Origin: Callorhinchus milii
Lineage: Eukaryota
Length of the DNA stretch: 52,586 bases
Assembly (NCBI RefSeq): GCF_018977255.1
Contig: NW_024705348.1
Coordinates: forward strand, 1-52,586
Reading direction: 5' to 3'
Made by a program: the position numbers and the translations under genes. This document shows positions 24,701 through 39,700 of the stretch, piece after piece. Each line of letters opens with the position of its first letter. Position 1 is the first letter of the stretch. Under the pieces are notes generated by a model. The model ran no database searches. It was not told where the DNA came from and saw only the letters and a program-made list of their open reading frames with translations.

Positions 24701-27700
24701 TCATGACTTCTGTTGGAGTGCTGTTTATGAGTTAAACTAGTAGGTTCATGACGCTATCTGTACAATAGCACGCGCATCCGCCAGCTCCGAGCGCCAAGTC
24801 GTCGGTGGGAGGTTCGTGCATACTCTCTAAAAGTCGAACTATTCACGAGCTATAGTTCCTCAGTATGACACATATCCTGCTGAACCCTGATCAAAGGCAG
24901 ACTTCTACACCCGTTGGCAAGAGATGGGCATGAGTCGACCGGCGTGGGGGTTAATGAAACTGGGGCTATTTCGCTACAATTAGACTAATCCTGCGTGGAA
25001 TGAGCGGATTCCTTCAACTCGACCCCCCCCCCTAACGCCCCATTTATATTTCAGTAGCTCCTGTGGGTCACCCATGAGTATAGCAGGTCCAACCTGGAGA
25101 CAAAGTCGATGTGGTAATAGTAATACCTTAAAGATCTGCACGGGCCTATGGACGCTTGGGTTCTCGAGATGTGCAGATCTGCTTCGCGCACCGCAAACCA
25201 AATATATCAAGCGTTCGCGATTTGTGAGTTGGCTAGACGGGTTCGCAGCAGAAGCCTCTAACAAGTCACATATAAACCCAGGGAAAGAAAGAAGGCCGGA
25301 GTACCAGGGAAAAACCATCTAGTTAAGCAGACGAACGACGTGTTGTGCTCACGAACCGTGAATCGACCTGATCTCAACGGACATGGGAGTCTTCAACAAA
25401 CTGGCCGTCTCCTCCGCAAGTAAATCGAGTTATGTGCAGAGTGACCCGTGTCGTCATAGGTGGCTCCGCTAACTTAACGGTCACTGAAACATAGATGCAG
25501 TTCTACAAATGTGAATGGGTAGGTAGCAATTCTAGATTTTAATACTAAGGATCAAGTGCTAAGATAACAGAGCTTGAAGGCGCTAGCGGAGCAATATTTC
25601 GACACTGTGCAGAAAGCTCCTTTCTCCCGGTTAGGGATTTTGGCAGATTGCCGATAACACATCAACCCAGGTGATGGTTACACACGTGACTGGAACTCCA
25701 GTCTTTGTTTGGAATCGGGAATGCATGGCCTACTATTTGCGCACTTCAAAAAGTTAGTGGGGTGAGGCGAAACGGCAATGTCATTCAGGCACCCTGGAGC
25801 CAGAAAACGACGTTCATTGAATCCGGTCAGCTGGCTTAGGCCGCCATCATGCGTCTAGTCTAGAACACCATCCTTGGGGCCGTAATGGTATGCTCGAGAA
25901 AAATGTCCGGAAGCTGCGTCCGCGTACTGAGCAGCTCTCCAAGGCATCGTGAGTACCTAGCGCATTTAGGTATATTCGCTAAAGGTTGACCTACATACAC
26001 TGCATTCCGCAATAGTCCGACATCAGTATACCGTTCGAATTACGGCTAACAATTATTGCTTGGTGCCTCTGGCTAATGACATTATGATAGGATTCTCAGC
26101 GCATAGTGTGGCGCGGTTTTGTAATGTTAAACGAGAGGCGCTATGCCATAAACATGAGATGGACCCCCGACTTTCACTAGTGATTCTCTCGAAATACCCC
26201 ATGTGTAAACATGACCTATCCTACCGTGGAACTGGTGGCTCCCGAGCATTAGTTGCAGAGCTAAACTTTTGAGGCGAGCTAGTGGTCTTCACTGTTAATA
26301 GCGTAGAGTTCCCAGTTTCGTATAGAGAGCGGCTATAAGTCTGTGACGTAAGCCGCGGCTGCACTAAAGTAGACTTGAAAACCCAGGTCTCAAGCGAGTA
26401 CGCGAGTGTGGTAAGGGGAGACCAATCTAGGATATGCAAAAGCCTGTCCCATTGTATTTCTTGGTGAATAGGATGGGAGTAGCACATATGCCTGTGGCTA
26501 TGAGCCTAAAACACCTTTTGGGATGACTAGTCTTACGTCCTCGGGGGGAATGCGCCGCCGTATACTGGGGGGAGTGGACATTTGCCCCACCTAATATCGC
26601 ATTACCGTGAATTGGCGCATGGCCTAGACCCCAAAATTCGTCTTTCTGTGTTACCGAGTGGGCCAGGCTACTAACAAAGACATTCCGTCGATGATGGACC
26701 GGTTCTCTCTCAGCACCGCGATAATAGCTATTCGTTCTGTCAGACAGTCTGGTAATTATTGCCCGAGTGTATTGCGAGGACCGTATGTCTCAACGTGGGC
26801 GCGTTGTTGAGCATGAACCCGTACGTCGGGACGGATTGCGCTTCAGGTCGGAATGGTCCCAATAAGGACAGGCTTTTCGCAAGTCAAACAAAGTGTACTG
26901 ATACCGGGACTCGGACTGTATAATAAGAAAGTTGAGATGTCATCCACCCCGCTTTGGCCCTGCGATTGGGCCGAGCAGAAATGGTAGTTGATTCCTCATA
27001 CCGAGACTAGCTAAAGGTAATCACCCCCTACTAACCAGCAAACTCGTAAGGCTGTGACATACGCGAAGTTTTCTGCCCACGCGACGGCTTTAAACAGATG
27101 TGGTTCCAGTCTAATATACTTTGATTAAAGTCGTGATTCACCAAGTCGGTCGTGACGATTGACTTGAGGAAATAGCGAATCGGGGGAGTGTACCGTTGCG
27201 TAGGACGGTGACATCGTAAACCGCTGCATCGAGTCCGGAAAACGCCAATATATTCTGCCAACGAGTGAACTACTTGGTCCCCAGATACTTGCTGTGTATC
27301 TACCTCACATCTGGAGCTTATTTAACGGAGTCGTTCCCGATTGCCTTCACCCTGCTAAATGAGTCGAGGCACAACTCGTGGCCACTAGGTAAGACATGAC
27401 GCTTGCTAGACACTGCTCGTGGCATCAAAAGCCAGGTTTGCGACTCTCTAGTTCCATAAGTGTAACGCGCCTCAGGAAGAGAGGGACAGGAACCATATTG
27501 CCCGCGCTGCGTAAACGTTCCTTTGATTGAATGCACGGTGGTGATAGAGAAAATGTCTACTGCTAGTTGTTCGGATAGGTTGCGTAGCGGACCCGTAATG
27601 ATTTAAACCAAAAGCTGAACACTCACTTCTTACACCTACGAATCCCAAGGATCACGGTGTTTTGTTGACTTCCACACCGGGGGTCGCCGGGTTCTGGGAA

Positions 27701-30700
27701 CCCACGGACAGCCGATTACGACGAAATACGACTTGACATGAGCCTATGAAGATTGGGCTCGCCAAAACAGCTTAAGCCTCCTGAAGGATTACAGTACATC
27801 GATCATGATAATGCTCGACACTCGGATCCGCCGGTTCGAAAGGGCCCCGGATGTGTCAATTCGGCAGCTTTCTTCCTATGGTTTGGGGCTTGCATCCTTG
27901 TCGTAATCATGCAGCAGTCAGTACAACTATGCCGGATACTCAGCGTTGCCTGAACATTCATGATATACGACAAATTCGTTCACGGCATAGTGGGGCGGAC
28001 TACGCAAAAAGTCGTCATAAATTACTAGACGGATAGCTCGCGGCAGATAGAGATCGTACCGCGTTCGCCGTGATGGGACACGCATTTGACGACACAGCTT
28101 ATGGCTGTCATTCTTATTTACACCAGAGGATAAATACGCAAAACAAAGGATTAAACGATCCATTCACAGATCGGTACCTATTTCAGAAACTGAGCGGTGA
28201 CGGGAAGAGAGTCCGATCCTTGCAGTCTCTTTTCAGCATTGCGCACGGAGTAGGGAGCTTGTAGCAGAGAAAGGTTAACACGATGTAAGAAAGTAGATCC
28301 GATACCCTAAGCCTACGTTACCGCAAGTTGCCTCCTTAATCGCGTAACTCAACCAAGCCCCTCGTGCTTTCAGATTTCTGGGTCAAAAATACCAACTGAG
28401 AGGGAAGAATATGTGGTGTTGGGAACTTCTTCCATCAAATCAATGGGTCTAAGAACGCGGTATCACAAGAATCGTCCACAAGGAATGGGCTTAATATTCT
28501 AACCTAAAGATAAGATCCTAGAGTATTGGAACGTATTGTGACGGCGTCGAGTCCCAAAAAATCCCGTAGAGTCAAGATTAGGCCTTAAGATAATGCAACC
28601 CGCCATCAACCCGTCATTCCAGGGACTCTAGTACTAAGAAATAACTTTGTCCGGGCGTCAATAGTGCATCGTACTTTTTTTAGGGGCTAACGGTCTGAGA
28701 TGCTTAGACACTTGGGTAATCGCTGCAGGGGTGACTCCGACCCGCACAGTAGGTAGTAGCAATCAATAGACCTCGTCGCGGCGCTGCGTTGGGTTCGATC
28801 GGTGTTCAAGGTCTGATGTAGGTAACTCGTCTATCTTCGCTCGCTGCATTAGCCGGTCATGTGTGATTCTACAAAGTATACATCCTCACTAAATCCTTGA
28901 ACGGATTGGACACTTTCTGAACCTGAGGGCTATCGGCGCCCGACAGAGCCTCCCTAGCTCGGATAGTAACAACATAATAACTTTTCTAAGACAAGCCCAT
29001 TTTCGGAAGTGTTACTTAAAGGATTGCCAAACTAGCGTAGTGCTCCCGAAGACTATTGCCGTGCACCGGACTGGAGACAACTCCATAGAATAGTCAGTTG
29101 CCCTACTGCGCTTACCGTATATTGAGGATCCCCTCGCTCTCGTTCTGCGGCGTGGGGTATACTGATGGTAGCGGTTCGTGTCCGATAGCGATACTCGAGC
29201 CCGGAACTAATTAAACCCTGATAGTGCATGCATTTGTCAGCTTATAGGCGCTTCTGGACCGAAGTATGCAGCTCTGTCGATAAGTTCAGTTTATCTTACC
29301 CAAGTATAGTTGTGGCGGCCCTCTGCTCGACTGAGGGGCAGTGTTCACCAATTCCGGCGACGGGGGAGGGCTGTCTCGGACGTACGATATGTGAGTTTCA
29401 TTGAGCGCTGCAACCTAAAGCACTAGGGATTTCGGCCATCAGATTGATTCTCGAATTGAAAACACACGGGCTATCGTAAAGGTAACGGACGCTCATGCAG
29501 GCCACGCAGTAGAATCAGAGCATGCCGTGTACCATGTGCGCTGATAGTCTTGAGAAGAGCACAGATCCGGGATAGACCATCGATGAGTTCCCCGGCACAA
29601 TCCAAGTCAAGTCAAGGGCGCGGCCCACATAATAATGTAAGAGTGGGTGTCTCGAGCGCAGGGTACATGGTCTTGCAACTCCTGTACTACCATACACGGC
29701 CCAGATCAACTACAATCCCACCTTTATTAAGCATCACTACGTAGTTTCAATGGGATCACCACCCAAGTCAGTGCGTACTCATGATTGTACAGAATGAGGT
29801 TGACGTAGTGGGGTCGTGTTACCGCTCCTGCTGATCCTGGCGAAGTTCGGTAAGCAAGGAGTCTTAGTGAATACTATAAACAGCAGGAATTAAGGGCCGC
29901 AAATTATTGATATGTGAATGAGGGAACTATTGGTTCATACAGCACACAACTGTTGCTAACGTGAAAGCTACAAGGCTTTTTTTGGTATCGACACTTCATG
30001 CAGAAAAACATGGGAGAACACTATGGACCGCAAGGCGACCTACATCTCAAAAGGCACCGGCAAATGGGACGACACTGCAGCTCATTTGACCAATCTTTCT
30101 TAGTTAAGCACTGCCCCTCCGGCTGTGTACCGCCTATAACATCACACGCGAGATGGGAGATATTCATTACTGTTCTTGGGGTTTCACTTAGGTGAACATA
30201 GTTCTCGGATGGTTCAGATGGAGTTGTCACAACGTTCTTTGGCTTGATCAGAGCAGAAGAACGTCAGATGTAAATCCAGTTACGCCGGAAACTCCGGTTG
30301 ATGAGGCACGGGTACGATCCTCAGTTGCCGGCAACGGTTCTTGCACTTGGCAGTTATTTCGAGGCATCAGAGACCCATGAGACGTGACATGCAGATTCCC
30401 ACCCAACTCGAGCTGATGAACACGAGGGAACTGCCGATTGCTCTCTGCGTTGACGGCTGTGGAAAACGGGCAGAAAGACCAGGCGCCGGTATAGTGGGCT
30501 ACAATCTCATCGGATTGCAGGTATATAATAACAAGGGGATTGGCACAAATTACTCTCGCGCTCTGGTTCAAGAAGGAGTGAATGCCTGCTCGTTTCTGGC
30601 CGGTAACTGCCCACCTAAACAGAGAATTAAGAGATGACCATCCGGTGAAAAGTTCGATATAATCGATGTTATATCGGCGACCCTGTCGTTCGCGGTTGCT

Positions 30701-33700
30701 AACATTATAGTTAACCATAATCATCATCGTATGAATTAACGCTGCTCCGGGTAAATATGGGTGGATGGGCCGATGGAGCCACCTACCCCCTCCGAAAACA
30801 CGCCCTGATACGCTCTTACTCCGTACGACGGTCGGCGTTTTCACTTTCTAGGAATTATTGTGGTATCGCATACTATTATCGTAGTCTTAAGGCACATTGT
30901 ATTGTCTTGGAGCCGGTAACACTTAGATACATGTCCGGTCCGGTGCCAAATAGACCCCGTCACTTTGTCTTGGGGTGGAAACGGACTACCGGCAATTGTA
31001 TCTCCCAAGTACCGAATTGGCCGTTTTGGCGTATCGGGCCTCTACCAAGATTCGCAAACAGACTGTAGTCTATTCTAAATACGTCAATGACAACTCGAAG
31101 ACAGGCTAGCCAGCGCTGTGCGCTTGAAAACAGAGTATTTTGCCGCAGGCGAATTGTAAAACCATTGGGTCGCCTCCCCAGAGAGCCATTATACCCGTTC
31201 AAATATGGATCGTAGCCGGACCAGGCTTGGGTTGCGATATGCTTTTAAATATCGAAGTCCAAAGACAGTAATAGCTTTTAATTTCAGTCTTGACACACGA
31301 TACTAGCGAGCCCGATGCATGCGGCGATTAGGACGCAAATTGGTAGTTGGACGTCACACGCGTGAGAGAATAAAAGATATTCCGTAGTGTGTAGTTTCCA
31401 CATCGGGCCAATAGGATGAACGGTTGCGCTGCACGAACGCCCCTATACCGCCCCTCAAATATTCTGAGATGCGACGGATTGAGCGAGTGAGTTCCTGCAG
31501 GAACTACCTATCTGCGAATACCCACCCGAGGTGGCGCACAACCCTTCTTGATGTGGAATCCCACGTATATTACGACACCAGGGATCCCTAAGTTGGTTGG
31601 TGAACGGCAACGATGTGTCTCGTGTCTCTTGTTCTTCAAGTGTTGCGACCCCGCCTCAACATAACTTGCAATTATCGGCACGCGACCGCGTACATTCTCG
31701 ATCTAGCTTAAGTGTGTGTCACATATGGGGCGGTTTAAACCACACGAGAAGGCTAATGATGTAAAACAAGTATTTTTTATCAGACACAGTACACCGTTTA
31801 AAGCTGTGCCTATGTGACATAGTTGCTACTGTGTCAATAACTTGAAGCTCCCTCGCTAGCCTCGCGTCGGGCAATAGCGCGTTATCAAAAGGTGGGCGAG
31901 GTCATGCTCGCGGCTCTTTTATCATGGTTGGGAAATTACAAAAATGAACACATCCTGGACTCCAGATGCTCACGCGGATAGTTCGGAAACGTCTTACTTC
32001 GGACATCACCCCTTCGGCCGTATCCTACAGTTATACTTTCGTTGTATTCCCTGCAGAGTGTGACAGATAGGTCAAGCTACTTAGTAACCCCTTATTCATC
32101 TTGGTCATGCCAGTGATCACTTGTCGTCCGGTAAAGGCTATCGGATGGTCCGTTCATCCCTCCAGCCATCGTAGTGGACATGGATCTATTGGGCGATTTA
32201 TGGTCAGAAATCAATGGTTGGGTGACTCGTCGTAGAGGACTCCATGGTTCCTTAGAGCCGTGAGGACAGTTTGGCCCCGGTCTGACTATTAGATTGATTC
32301 ACGTCCCCTCAACATAATTGGTTGGAAAACAGCGCATGCGGACACACACAATCCAGGCCAGCTAGTATCATAATTTAGAAGCACACCGAGAAATCTCTCA
32401 CATCCCGCTCAAAACACTCGGCACCCGAAAGAAGTATAGACCAGGTCGAATATATCTAACTAATCAGCTTGTTACTAATCTTCAGCGTGTGATGAAATAC
32501 CTAGTCTGGATGACATCTTGACGCGGGCCGGACAATGTAGGATCCGGGAAAGGCTACCGCAGTGACAATAGGCCCAGCACTATTGCAAAATAAATGCCCA
32601 GTACGGGCCTCAACAATATTTGACAATAAATTGTCTACCCCTGACCCTCGGCCTCATTGGCTCGTCGCCATGTAATATGCAAGATACCGAAATGATAACT
32701 GTTGGGGAGATCTCACCAGACTGCCCTCTTAATTAAGAGCTAGTAATCGTCCCAGCGTGGGCGCTAGTTCAGAGTATTTCGTAACGCACAAGGCGTACAG
32801 ACACGTTCCTCCTACTTAGTAGTCACTCGCAACCAGAAGACAGCTGCTCTTCCGACTCCCCTATTCATTTACACTTACACCAACGCTTGGGGGCAAGAGA
32901 CTTATCTGAGCGTGTATAGATCCGCCTATAGCTTCCGCAGCCAGTTCCGAGAACAGATCAGCAGGTGGGGAATCGACAAAGATACGGGCAGAACCTTCAG
33001 GATTTCACAGCGGAAGGGCGCTATAAGCGTCTTGGCGAACGCGCGAATGGAGCGCGGATAACCCGTGGTCGACCCCATTAGGTGATGTTCAGTAAAAGAG
33101 ACTTTGGGATTCCACAAAACAATCCATTCCCACACGACAGGGCTTTACAGTTATTATGACAGTTACGCCAATTCTTGCGCACTACCCGTGGTAGTGCAGA
33201 CGAACAGTGTGAGTTGGCGCTTCGCCGGACAGGTGATCGGCTGTTATTGGGTCCAAAAGAACAGTATAACTCCCGCTTGATTGTAAAATAATTAAGCGTG
33301 GGAAGTTCGCCCTCAATGCTGCCATACGTGAGCCCTGTAGTGATCTATAAAGAGAATCGAGTTGGGAAATTTAGGGGTCTTGCGGTAATCACATCCTTGG
33401 ACAACCAATCATTGAACGAACTCGTGTACACATGCTGAGTCTGCTCTAGAACCAACGGGTACAGCGACGCGAGGCAACTACCAGGATAGCGGTTTACAAT
33501 ACACGGATCATATAGTAGGGGGGTGCTGCACCCGCGATTGACAAACACTGAGACGCATTAAGTGCAGGTCTTACCGATTAGTCGTTCAGCGTGTATGATC
33601 CAGGTCCAGTGGATAAGGTGCCCTAGGCAATCGGTGGGTTACGAGCGCTTGTTCGTTAATGTAATAATCTCCGCGATCTCTCCAAAGATGATCTAGTAAG

Positions 33701-36700
33701 GCAAAGGCCCTTATCGGCAGTGGAAGTCATATTTTTAAGAATTTTTGAGTTCATTTATCATGTCGGGTACATGGTAACGCAAGCCTAGCGCGCGCTAACG
33801 TATATGAGCTGTCGCCACACGTTGGTATTCAAACAAGGGTTGCGCCTACTTCTGGACGTTCGCCGCTAAAAGAGACCTGTCATCTGGTCCAAGGTAGGGA
33901 GCTTGCTTCCGAGTTCGATCGCACTCCAAACTTTCTAACGAGCCCAACATTGTTTCGTTAAAGAATCGGAAATCCTTGTTCAACGGCCAAGGTCATGGCG
34001 CCGAGATCCGCAGAAAGTCCAACAAACTCTCCGATGTCAAGTCGGCGGCCCCTACGACTCGAGGTAGATTTATGTGGATGACGTTCCCAGTCCAATACAA
34101 GTTAGGACACGCCGGCGCTCAACGCTAGCAGTGAGGAAGCGACACGAAACGTCAAACGTGGGGGACGGGAGAGCCAATATCCAGGCACACTCGAGAAAAG
34201 GATGTGAGTGTCCCAGTGGACTGACCATGCGTGGCACTGAGCTCAGGGGACAAGAAATCTGAACACCAACCGCATCTAGTGTATATGAGTACACATATAG
34301 CTTATTCGAATTCTAGTTTCGTTCAGACACTATAAAACACTAGGCGCAGATGTCCCGTTGGTTGCCTCACATCGCTCAACCTATTTACACTAACGTGTCG
34401 ACGCTTCTCCAGAGTAACGAAGCAGTACCCTTAACAGGCGACAATTTACGACGAGCCCTCCGCATTCATCTAGCTGGGGTGATATGCATGATAAGGCATC
34501 TTGCAGATATTATAAGGTCAGCTGCGCAGGCCAAGAAAGATTGGCCTATTGGCTGCGTGTAAGAGTCGAACCCGGGTGGCTAGACCCACCGGCAGGACCC
34601 AGATGCTTGATGACTTCCCCGTAACGAACCTCCGCTATAGCAATGTCCGGACCGTTTACTTTGATTTGACCCATCCATGTACGTTAATTAGGATAACAGA
34701 AAGAACGATAGTCATGTATGTTTGAACCGGGTACCTCTCGAACGGCCATTTCGAGTAAAACTGTCAGCACTGGATGATCTAGAGCTCTGTAACCCGGAGA
34801 CCGTGAGCCACGCTATGAAGCTCTCGTTTCCGAGCTGCATGTAATCACGGAATACAATCGTTAAAGTAATGGACAATATCGACTTCGTAATTGTTCGAAG
34901 GTAGGTCAGATACGAACTATTCTAGTGAAGTTAACAGAGAGAGTTCTCGGGCCGAAAATTTGCCAACTCTCAGAATACAGTCGGTGAAAAGATCATTTTT
35001 TATGTCAACTGACTCTGACGCAGTGTAGACTCCCGAAGGGTCCTTTCGATTCGGTCTGCTTGCGTAAGTGGAGCGGTAAGAACCGTCTATGAAAGCGTGG
35101 ATCACCGAGAGGTTATCCAATGAGGCATGAAAGCGATAGGGTGCTTCCCCTTGACAGGCTACTAGAGCTATGTCGATATGACGACTCACGGAGCAGCGAT
35201 GCTACCAAATCCCAGGAGGTCATTTGTGGACTTCTAGCCTTGATGGGGCGTGAATTCGGCCCCTGAAGCGGTATCAATTCCCTCTAAAGGCTGCCTGGTA
35301 ACACAATGTTGCGACAAAGTGGAAAATGTTTGTCACTCCGGTTTTCAGTGTACCTCTAAGCATAGGACCGAACGTTTCAGTTGGATTGCGACTCGGATGG
35401 CCACAAGTCGATACCAAGCGAGTATTCGTGTGGTGTTTAGCCGTCGCAATCATCGCAGTAAAAGGCCACCGTCCATTTCAGTGTAGGCCCCCATAATATT
35501 CGGGCGTCCCGAATGTACCCGTTACTCGCCTTTCGCGTGAATGCCTTTCGTGCACCGATAAGAAAGAGTGTCACTTTCTACACCTGCTGCGTTACTCTGC
35601 TATGGTGATTGGTTCTCTCTAAGAACCAATGGACGGCTGTACCGCTGCATAGGGTAGGTGCCATGAGTCATACAGGACTGGGCACCATGACATTGACTCG
35701 GTGAGTGAGGTGCTAAATCGAGCCGCAACGAAGGTATACACATAGGGGCTTCGTAGTACAGAGACATGGATTTGATACATCCATCGCAACGCCAAACGCG
35801 ATCATCGTAGCTTTCCAGATTAACACTCCGATTTCCCTTTCGCTAGAGACACATCATCAAATGACGACTTAGATTACATACCTCCGGATAACCACCCGTT
35901 GGGGCCCAATATACACGGAGCATCCCCTATGTGACTCCACGTGTCCCTATCTTAGCCCCGTAATTATAGTTGTTGCTATTACGGCCTTGAATAATGTTTT
36001 TTCTCTACTGAGTCCTTCGCTCTAACGAGGGCAGTGATTTAAGCCCGGCAATGAGCCTCTTAATTCCACATTGCCGACTACCGCGCGCGATAAGAATTAG
36101 CAGCGTCCCGAGGCAGTCCCTCAAGGACGGGAGTTTTAAGGACAAGACTGCTGAGCTGACCTGCCGAGCGGGGTGCGCTTCTCGTTATACCTTCCATCAC
36201 TTCGAATACTTTGAACATCGCGACGTTTCCCTACTAGGAGGTCGTTTAAGTGACTTTAATCCGATAGTCAATGCTCTGCCAAGACTAGATCGACATAGAA
36301 GAGATTGGATGCGTATGTGTTCAACATGTCATATCCTTCGAAAACGGCCTTAGTCATGCGTATGTGTTGCCCCGGCCTCTCAAGAATTAAAGGCTGAAAT
36401 CGCGATCTTGGACCACCACACTGCCTAAAGGCACTTAGGCTCGCAGCTCTCATAATCCTGTATTGTCGTTTCGCCCCATGCATTTCTGACAGAGTACCGC
36501 GGTTCACCAGTCGATTCCGCAACAGGACATGCATCGTTCATCCCGAAGTCCTGGAGCTCATTCATACAATTTGAGGCTGATTAGAATAGGGTCGGAGTGC
36601 TTAAAGCATCAATTAGACTGGGCATGCGGTTGCTTGACCTGGCGTACCAGTCTTGAAGGGGGTCTTTCAGTACACGGTATGTTGCGACGCGGCAGAGAGA

Positions 36701-39700
36701 CTCTTCATATTAGCTGTGACCGCGTGATGGCATTCAAGGTTAGGCCTGCCTGACAGACGCGCATGGACAAGAGTACCTAGGCGTCGATCGGTTTAATTGA
36801 CGAAGGGGGGGGTAAGCTGTGCAGTTCCATAGCTCTCCAGAGGAGCCTGAGCAGGTTCGTGGTGCGGATGACACTGGTCGAAGGTGCCACATAATACAGG
36901 GGCTAGTTATTTGTCCGAACATTAACAAGAGAGCATATCGATGGCTTTTGCAATGGCGAGCGTAATACGAGTGACTATCCGGTAGACGCAGCTTGACGTC
37001 GTACACCGCGGGAACTCCCTCGTGACGGTGAATCTGAGCGGCGGACGGAGGGTATTACACTTGCAATGACTTCGCCATGATTTGTCGCGTACGCCTAGTT
37101 TGTGCGAGGTGGTGGGTCCCACGTTTTCAACCTCCAACCACTCTTTGTATGTTCAGTAGTCCCTTGTTACGCACGCAACAGAGCGGGCTAATGTGCTTAT
37201 TACGTCCGAGGCGCGCCGTTACTAACCGCAGACTTACAAGTCAAAAGTGGGAACTTATTCGCCGGCCTTACGCTCCTCTATGCGCGGCGTATAGAGAGCC
37301 CTCAGGAGCCAACTCAAACTGCGGAATGTCATTAAATCAGACTAGGGGATAGCAACGCTCCTACTTCAGTTGCGAGGTCAAATGATGATGTGTTACTGGT
37401 CAAGGGGGGCGTCGCCAGAGTGATCGTCACGGTCGCGCAGAACTACCCAGAGCTACGAACCTGGGAGACGCGCTACCAATCCTCATCTCGGACTTTTCCT
37501 CAGTATTACAATCTTGAATAGTGCCCTTAACTCTGGGGCAATCTCAGAAGAACCCGGACCGTCTATATCAGCAAAGTTGAGGCCTGTAGGGGGAAGTACG
37601 GTATAACGAGAAATCCTTGCGTCTAAGCCGCTACTGGCGGTATATACTGTCGAAACATCAACTGTCTATCGCGAGTACTGTAGCTGCTCTGTTACGTTAA
37701 CGTAGTCAAAATTTCAAGTTTGCCGCCGAGATGCAAACTAAACAACTGGTTCTCATACGGCCACAGTCTGACCACATTTTAGCTTGTAAGATTGGATCAC
37801 ACCCCTCCGAACGGAGACCTGTTCGAGGCTCGCAGAAAACGTGGCGATACTAGTGATACTCAATACTCGCTTTCACGGCTCCTGCTGGGTTCGCGGTCTT
37901 CATCGTGAGGGGTGAGAGGCTTTTGTAGCCAAATCACGATTAATCTAGTCGGCCTGCCCGTATAAATTGTGTGTAGATACATTAGCCTGGAACCAGACCC
38001 GCTGAACACTGGGCCTTGGGTCGGCCTTTAGGCGGCGTAGTGGCTCTAGCCTCGACGGCGCCTGCTTGCCCTTAGATTTGAGTGTCGCTTTGCATCTTCC
38101 CTTACTCGCCAGCCGAACCGCGCAATAGTCACCAACATAGAACCACAAGTTTTGACAGCTGACCCGTCGACCTTTTTCACCCAAGTCTTTAATAATGATT
38201 ACGATGCTAAGATTCATCGCTCGAACGTCCTCCCGTATTCTCGCGACACATTCAAAACGAAAGTCAAAAAACAGAGTAACCACAGTTTTGTGCTTGCCTA
38301 GTAGACCGGAGGCGGCCGGGGGTGCTTTATGAACGGCCACTGGCTTAATATAGGTGAACCTGTGCTGTAGGCTGTCCTGTGCATTAACATCTCAAGACGT
38401 CGCTTTATGTCATGAAACAGGGCTTTCCTGTATAACATACCCGGTGCAATTGTTTTAGGGGGATAAGGTGTATCGTATCTTTGGACCCATAAGTAGCCCA
38501 CGAGTGACGAGTTGGCGATTAAGGTGAACGCGCTGTTCCCCGGAGGCGAGCTTTGGGCTCAGGTACCGGTCGCAAATGAGAATCTTCGCATGTCGAGACT
38601 ATAGCCCTTCAAAATCGTCTAGGATAATCTAAGAAGATCGCATGTGATTATTAACCAATTAACGTAATATCCTTGGCTGTACATGAGTAAAAACCCGTAC
38701 ACTCGCATTCTATTGCCGTGCTAATTAATGTTAATAGGTAACTTCTCGTGAGAAAAAATCTATTCCACGCTGAAATCTTTATTACTAGGTAAGGAACCGG
38801 CCATACCGGAGTTGGTACCATGCCTGCAATAATACTTGCAGTTCAATCTAAGTGGTGAACCTCATGTAGAGAAGGGATATCCACCGGCTTGGCAGTTAAA
38901 CTTTAGCTAAGCCGGACGAGTATTGGCAAGTTTGTAACTTCGGTGCGTGAACAGGACTTTAAGACCCAGCTAGGTATTGCCGGAATACATACTGTCAATA
39001 AGTTTGACCATAAAAGATTTCGTTATGCAGAAATAAAGGTATAGTCGGGACTCAATCTTCGCTTGTTAACGAGGTGCCTGCTGACAGATGGTACGGTTGG
39101 CTCGTGCTTGGTTGCTTGGTAAGTAGTTCTATCTCAGCCACAGCTCTGTTGTCGATTTAGTCCCATGCACATTTAGAGGAGGGTATTGGGGTTAAAGATT
39201 CCAGGCATAACCAGCTGATGGGCCGTTGAGTGTCCTAACCATCCCCTATACGGCTATCCAGGCAGTGTTCGACATGACCGGCGATCGAGAGTTCAGGGAT
39301 TCCCACTTATCGTGGCGGGATACTCAGTGGGTTGGGACAGTTATACGGAGTTGTGGCGCCTGTCTTAAGTCTGTACCAATCAATAATGAGCGCTAAGAGT
39401 CTGTCCGTTCTTATTATTTCAGGTAGGCGTGTTGGTTGAGCCTGAATCTAAACTTCGAATCAGGCTTACGGGACGCGGGTAACATCTTACATCGCAGGTC
39501 GATATATGCAAGTGACCTGATGTTTAGGGGCGACTTCAGCAAGCTCCCCGGTTATTTCAGCTAGATCACACCCATAACCCGCCAATCTCAAACTGCGGGA
39601 CTGAGATCCAGTATGCCGTCGGCCTTAGCTTTTCGATCGAGGACAGTATCTAGAGATGCACCGACTCCGGGAGGCACTCCCAATAGTGGCTTCGGACGGC

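Noticed and set aside
30248..30844. Longest ORF (198 aa) in the central block, and the other 60-130 aa ORFs there
   Set aside because: No recognisable domain, no gene-like packing; lengths are what six frames of 30 kb of random sequence would plausibly give.
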